The position numbers were made by a program, and so were the translations under genes. From NCBI GenBank assembly GCA_026709065.1, contig JAPOTS010000035.1, positions 16,033 through 80,032 on the forward strand: 64,000 bases of DNA. The letters run 5' to 3'. Source of the DNA: Bacteroidota bacterium. GTDB lineage: Bacteria > Bacteroidota > Rhodothermia > Rhodothermales > Bin80. The notes below the pieces were generated by a model that saw only the letters and a program-made list of their open reading frames with translations, had not been told where the DNA came from and did no database searches. Positions 62,566 to 64,000 of the stretch are shown piece by piece (the stretch's first letter is position 1; the number at the start of each line of letters is the position of its first letter).

Positions 62566-63166
62566 CAGGGTAATATACAATATTTGCCTAAACTATATCA
62601 TATAAAAGGTATCTCTCCTGAGCACGGTAGAATTCATCAATTTTTTTCAAAAGGTTAGATAGAATCTTGCGTTTCCCGGATAATATGTCATTAGATATAC
62701 TCTCTCCGCTCTCAGAAATCTTGATAACACAGGCAGATTAGATCCCTAATTGTTCATATTTTGACATTCCATTGTCTTAGGCATCCTGAATATCAAACTC
62801 TCCTAGTAATGAGTTCGTCAGATGAAGTGTCTTTTTCGCAGATTATCCACCTGATTGCAGTCAATAATTCTCAAATTCTCTGGAAATATTGTATCTTCTG
62901 GAAAATTGTGAAAAGTGATAATTTCTGCCCCTACTCATCAGAATTTCAATGCATAAATTTAACGAGATATGAAACAACTCATAGAACCTGAACTGCGATT
63001 CTACACCAATCACTCATAGATTGGTAATATTGGGTACGAGGATTAAATCTTTAGACCCCCAAGGATCAATGAATCATTTGTAATCTCCCCGAGCTTCATA
63101 AAATTGATCACATCAGCACAACAAGGAGATTCAGCAAGTTATATTATACTTGAGTGATAACTGAAA

Positions 63167-64000
63167 TCACCGCTGCCATTGCCGGCTGATTGAGAGACTA
63201 AAGAGATAATATCTGTCTCCTCTAGTGGGAGAGGTTAGCAACTGAAAAAGATTGTCCCAGTTCTCAGAAACATTGCCTACTCCAACTGACCTCCCCAAAT
63301 TCACACCAAATGATAGTAAAGACCTGCGCTTGAATTCCCACCTAAACACGCCAATCAATTCGGTGAGCCCATCAACAATCGTCCTAAGATTCTGGCGATC
63401 GGTGATGCCAATTCCCACTCCATGAACACCAACCTCAAAATTTAATTTTTTGTTTAATCCAATAGATGCAATTGCATAGGTACGAATGCAATTAAATGAT
63501 TTAAATATAATGGATCTTTCATATCCAAAACCAGAGGCGCACTGAACCGATGGATTCAGTAACAGGTGCTCAGCAGTCAATAAAGAATTGGCCAACAAAG
63601 TTTGAGTTAACCATTGAGGTGTGCTCAGATTTCCCGAAGCATATAAAGTCATAAGATTCGCCTCCAGAGAAATCCATGATTTTGGACTTCCTCTAAGGTT
63701 CAATGAACTGTAAAGACTATTTGGATAATCTTGCCCCAATATCATACCAACCCTGGGTGTCACCGTCATTTTTCGCCGATTATCTGAAGAAATAGAAGCG
63801 TCCAGTCCAAAACGAATGTGTCCTGAAGACTGAACCCCTGTATGCATAGCGAGAGAAATCATATTATTTCGTGATGTTAAGAGGTCGGCCATGCCTACTA
63901 GGATGGTCTTTTTGGCTGAAAGACTGGTATATTCAAATCTCTGAGCAATTCCCCCACTCCACTGTCCCCGCTTGAAGACTCCTTCTCCATTGGTTAGCGT
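63167..64000 (-). CDS. hypothetical outer-membrane beta-barrel-like protein. The 5' end lies beyond the window end.
   Basis: The reading frame stays open to position 64000, so the track's ATG at 63892 is internal. It shows alternating hydrophobic patterns rich in G/S/N/Y. The assignment is weak. Confidence 0.35.
   Translation of the reverse strand, partial: TLTNGEGVFKRGQWSGGIAQRFEYTSLSAKKTILVGMADLLTSRNNMISLAMHTGVQSSGHIRFGLDASISSDNRRKMTVTPRVGMILGQDYPNSLYSSLNLRGSPKSWISLEANLMTLYASGNLSTPQWLTQTLLANSLLTAEHLLLNPSVQCASGFGYERSIIFKSFNCIRTYAIASIGLNKKLNFEVGVHGVGIGITDRQNLRTIVDGLTELIGVFRWEFKRRSLLSFGVNLGRSVGVGNVSENWDNLFQLLTSPTRGDRYYLFSLSISRQWQR

Larger units (their letters stand above)
58745..63166. mobile_element. 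putative degraded integrative element (boundaries approximate)
   Basis: Contains an intact tyrosine recombinase, a P-loop ATPase, an unknown gene, a truncated second recombinase, a perfect palindrome and about 0.8 kb of gene-free AT-rich DNA. It is wedged between a sugar-ABC ATPase gene and an outer-membrane-like gene. Confidence 0.4.

Noticed and set aside
1-64000. Scanned the window for CRISPR arrays, rRNA and tRNA genes, and IS-element terminal repeats.
   Set aside because: I saw no regularly spaced direct repeats, no rRNA-like conserved strings, no cloverleaf-compatible T-arm (GGTTCGAAT-type) contexts and no transposase ORF by eye. A tRNAscan/Infernal run would be the definitive check.

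Overview
The window is mostly a housekeeping chromosomal stretch from a moderately AT-rich bacterium. By gene content it looks like the FCB group (Bacteroidota, Balneolota or Rhodothermota type). That inference rests on bshB1, a gldE-like gene next to ssb, bamD, lolC/E, hrcA-grpE-dnaJ without dnaK, and many Na+-coupled transporters that suggest a marine host. No database search was possible. All calls come from reading motifs in the supplied ORF translations and the raw sequence. Core genes include hrcA-grpE-dnaJ, leuS, bshB1, efp-accB-accC, gcvH, guaA, bamD, nadD, prmC, aroC, valS, purF, ssb, mazG, pruA, moaDE and purC. Five regions stand out. (1) A ~420 nt, comparatively GC-rich, ORF-free element lies between ssb and mazG at 39558-39979. 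It has a 14 bp terminal helix stacked on a second long-range helix, plus several internal hairpins. I could not match it to RNase P, tmRNA, 6S or SRP hallmarks, so I call it a candidate unclassified large structured RNA. (2) A decayed eukaryote-type sterol C-24 methyltransferase (ERG6/SMT family) gene sits at 23628-24581 inside a ~2.5 kb zone with no intact gene. (3) A small degraded integrative island at about 58.75-63.2 kb carries an intact tyrosine recombinase, a P-loop ATPase, an unknown 172 aa protein, a truncated second recombinase and a perfect 15 bp-arm palindrome. (4) A stand-alone Schlafen/AlbA_2 plus HATPase_c_4-type gene is flanked by unusually long spacers. (5) There are several unusual gene couplings and orphan genes. 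I saw no rRNA, tRNA or CRISPR array.
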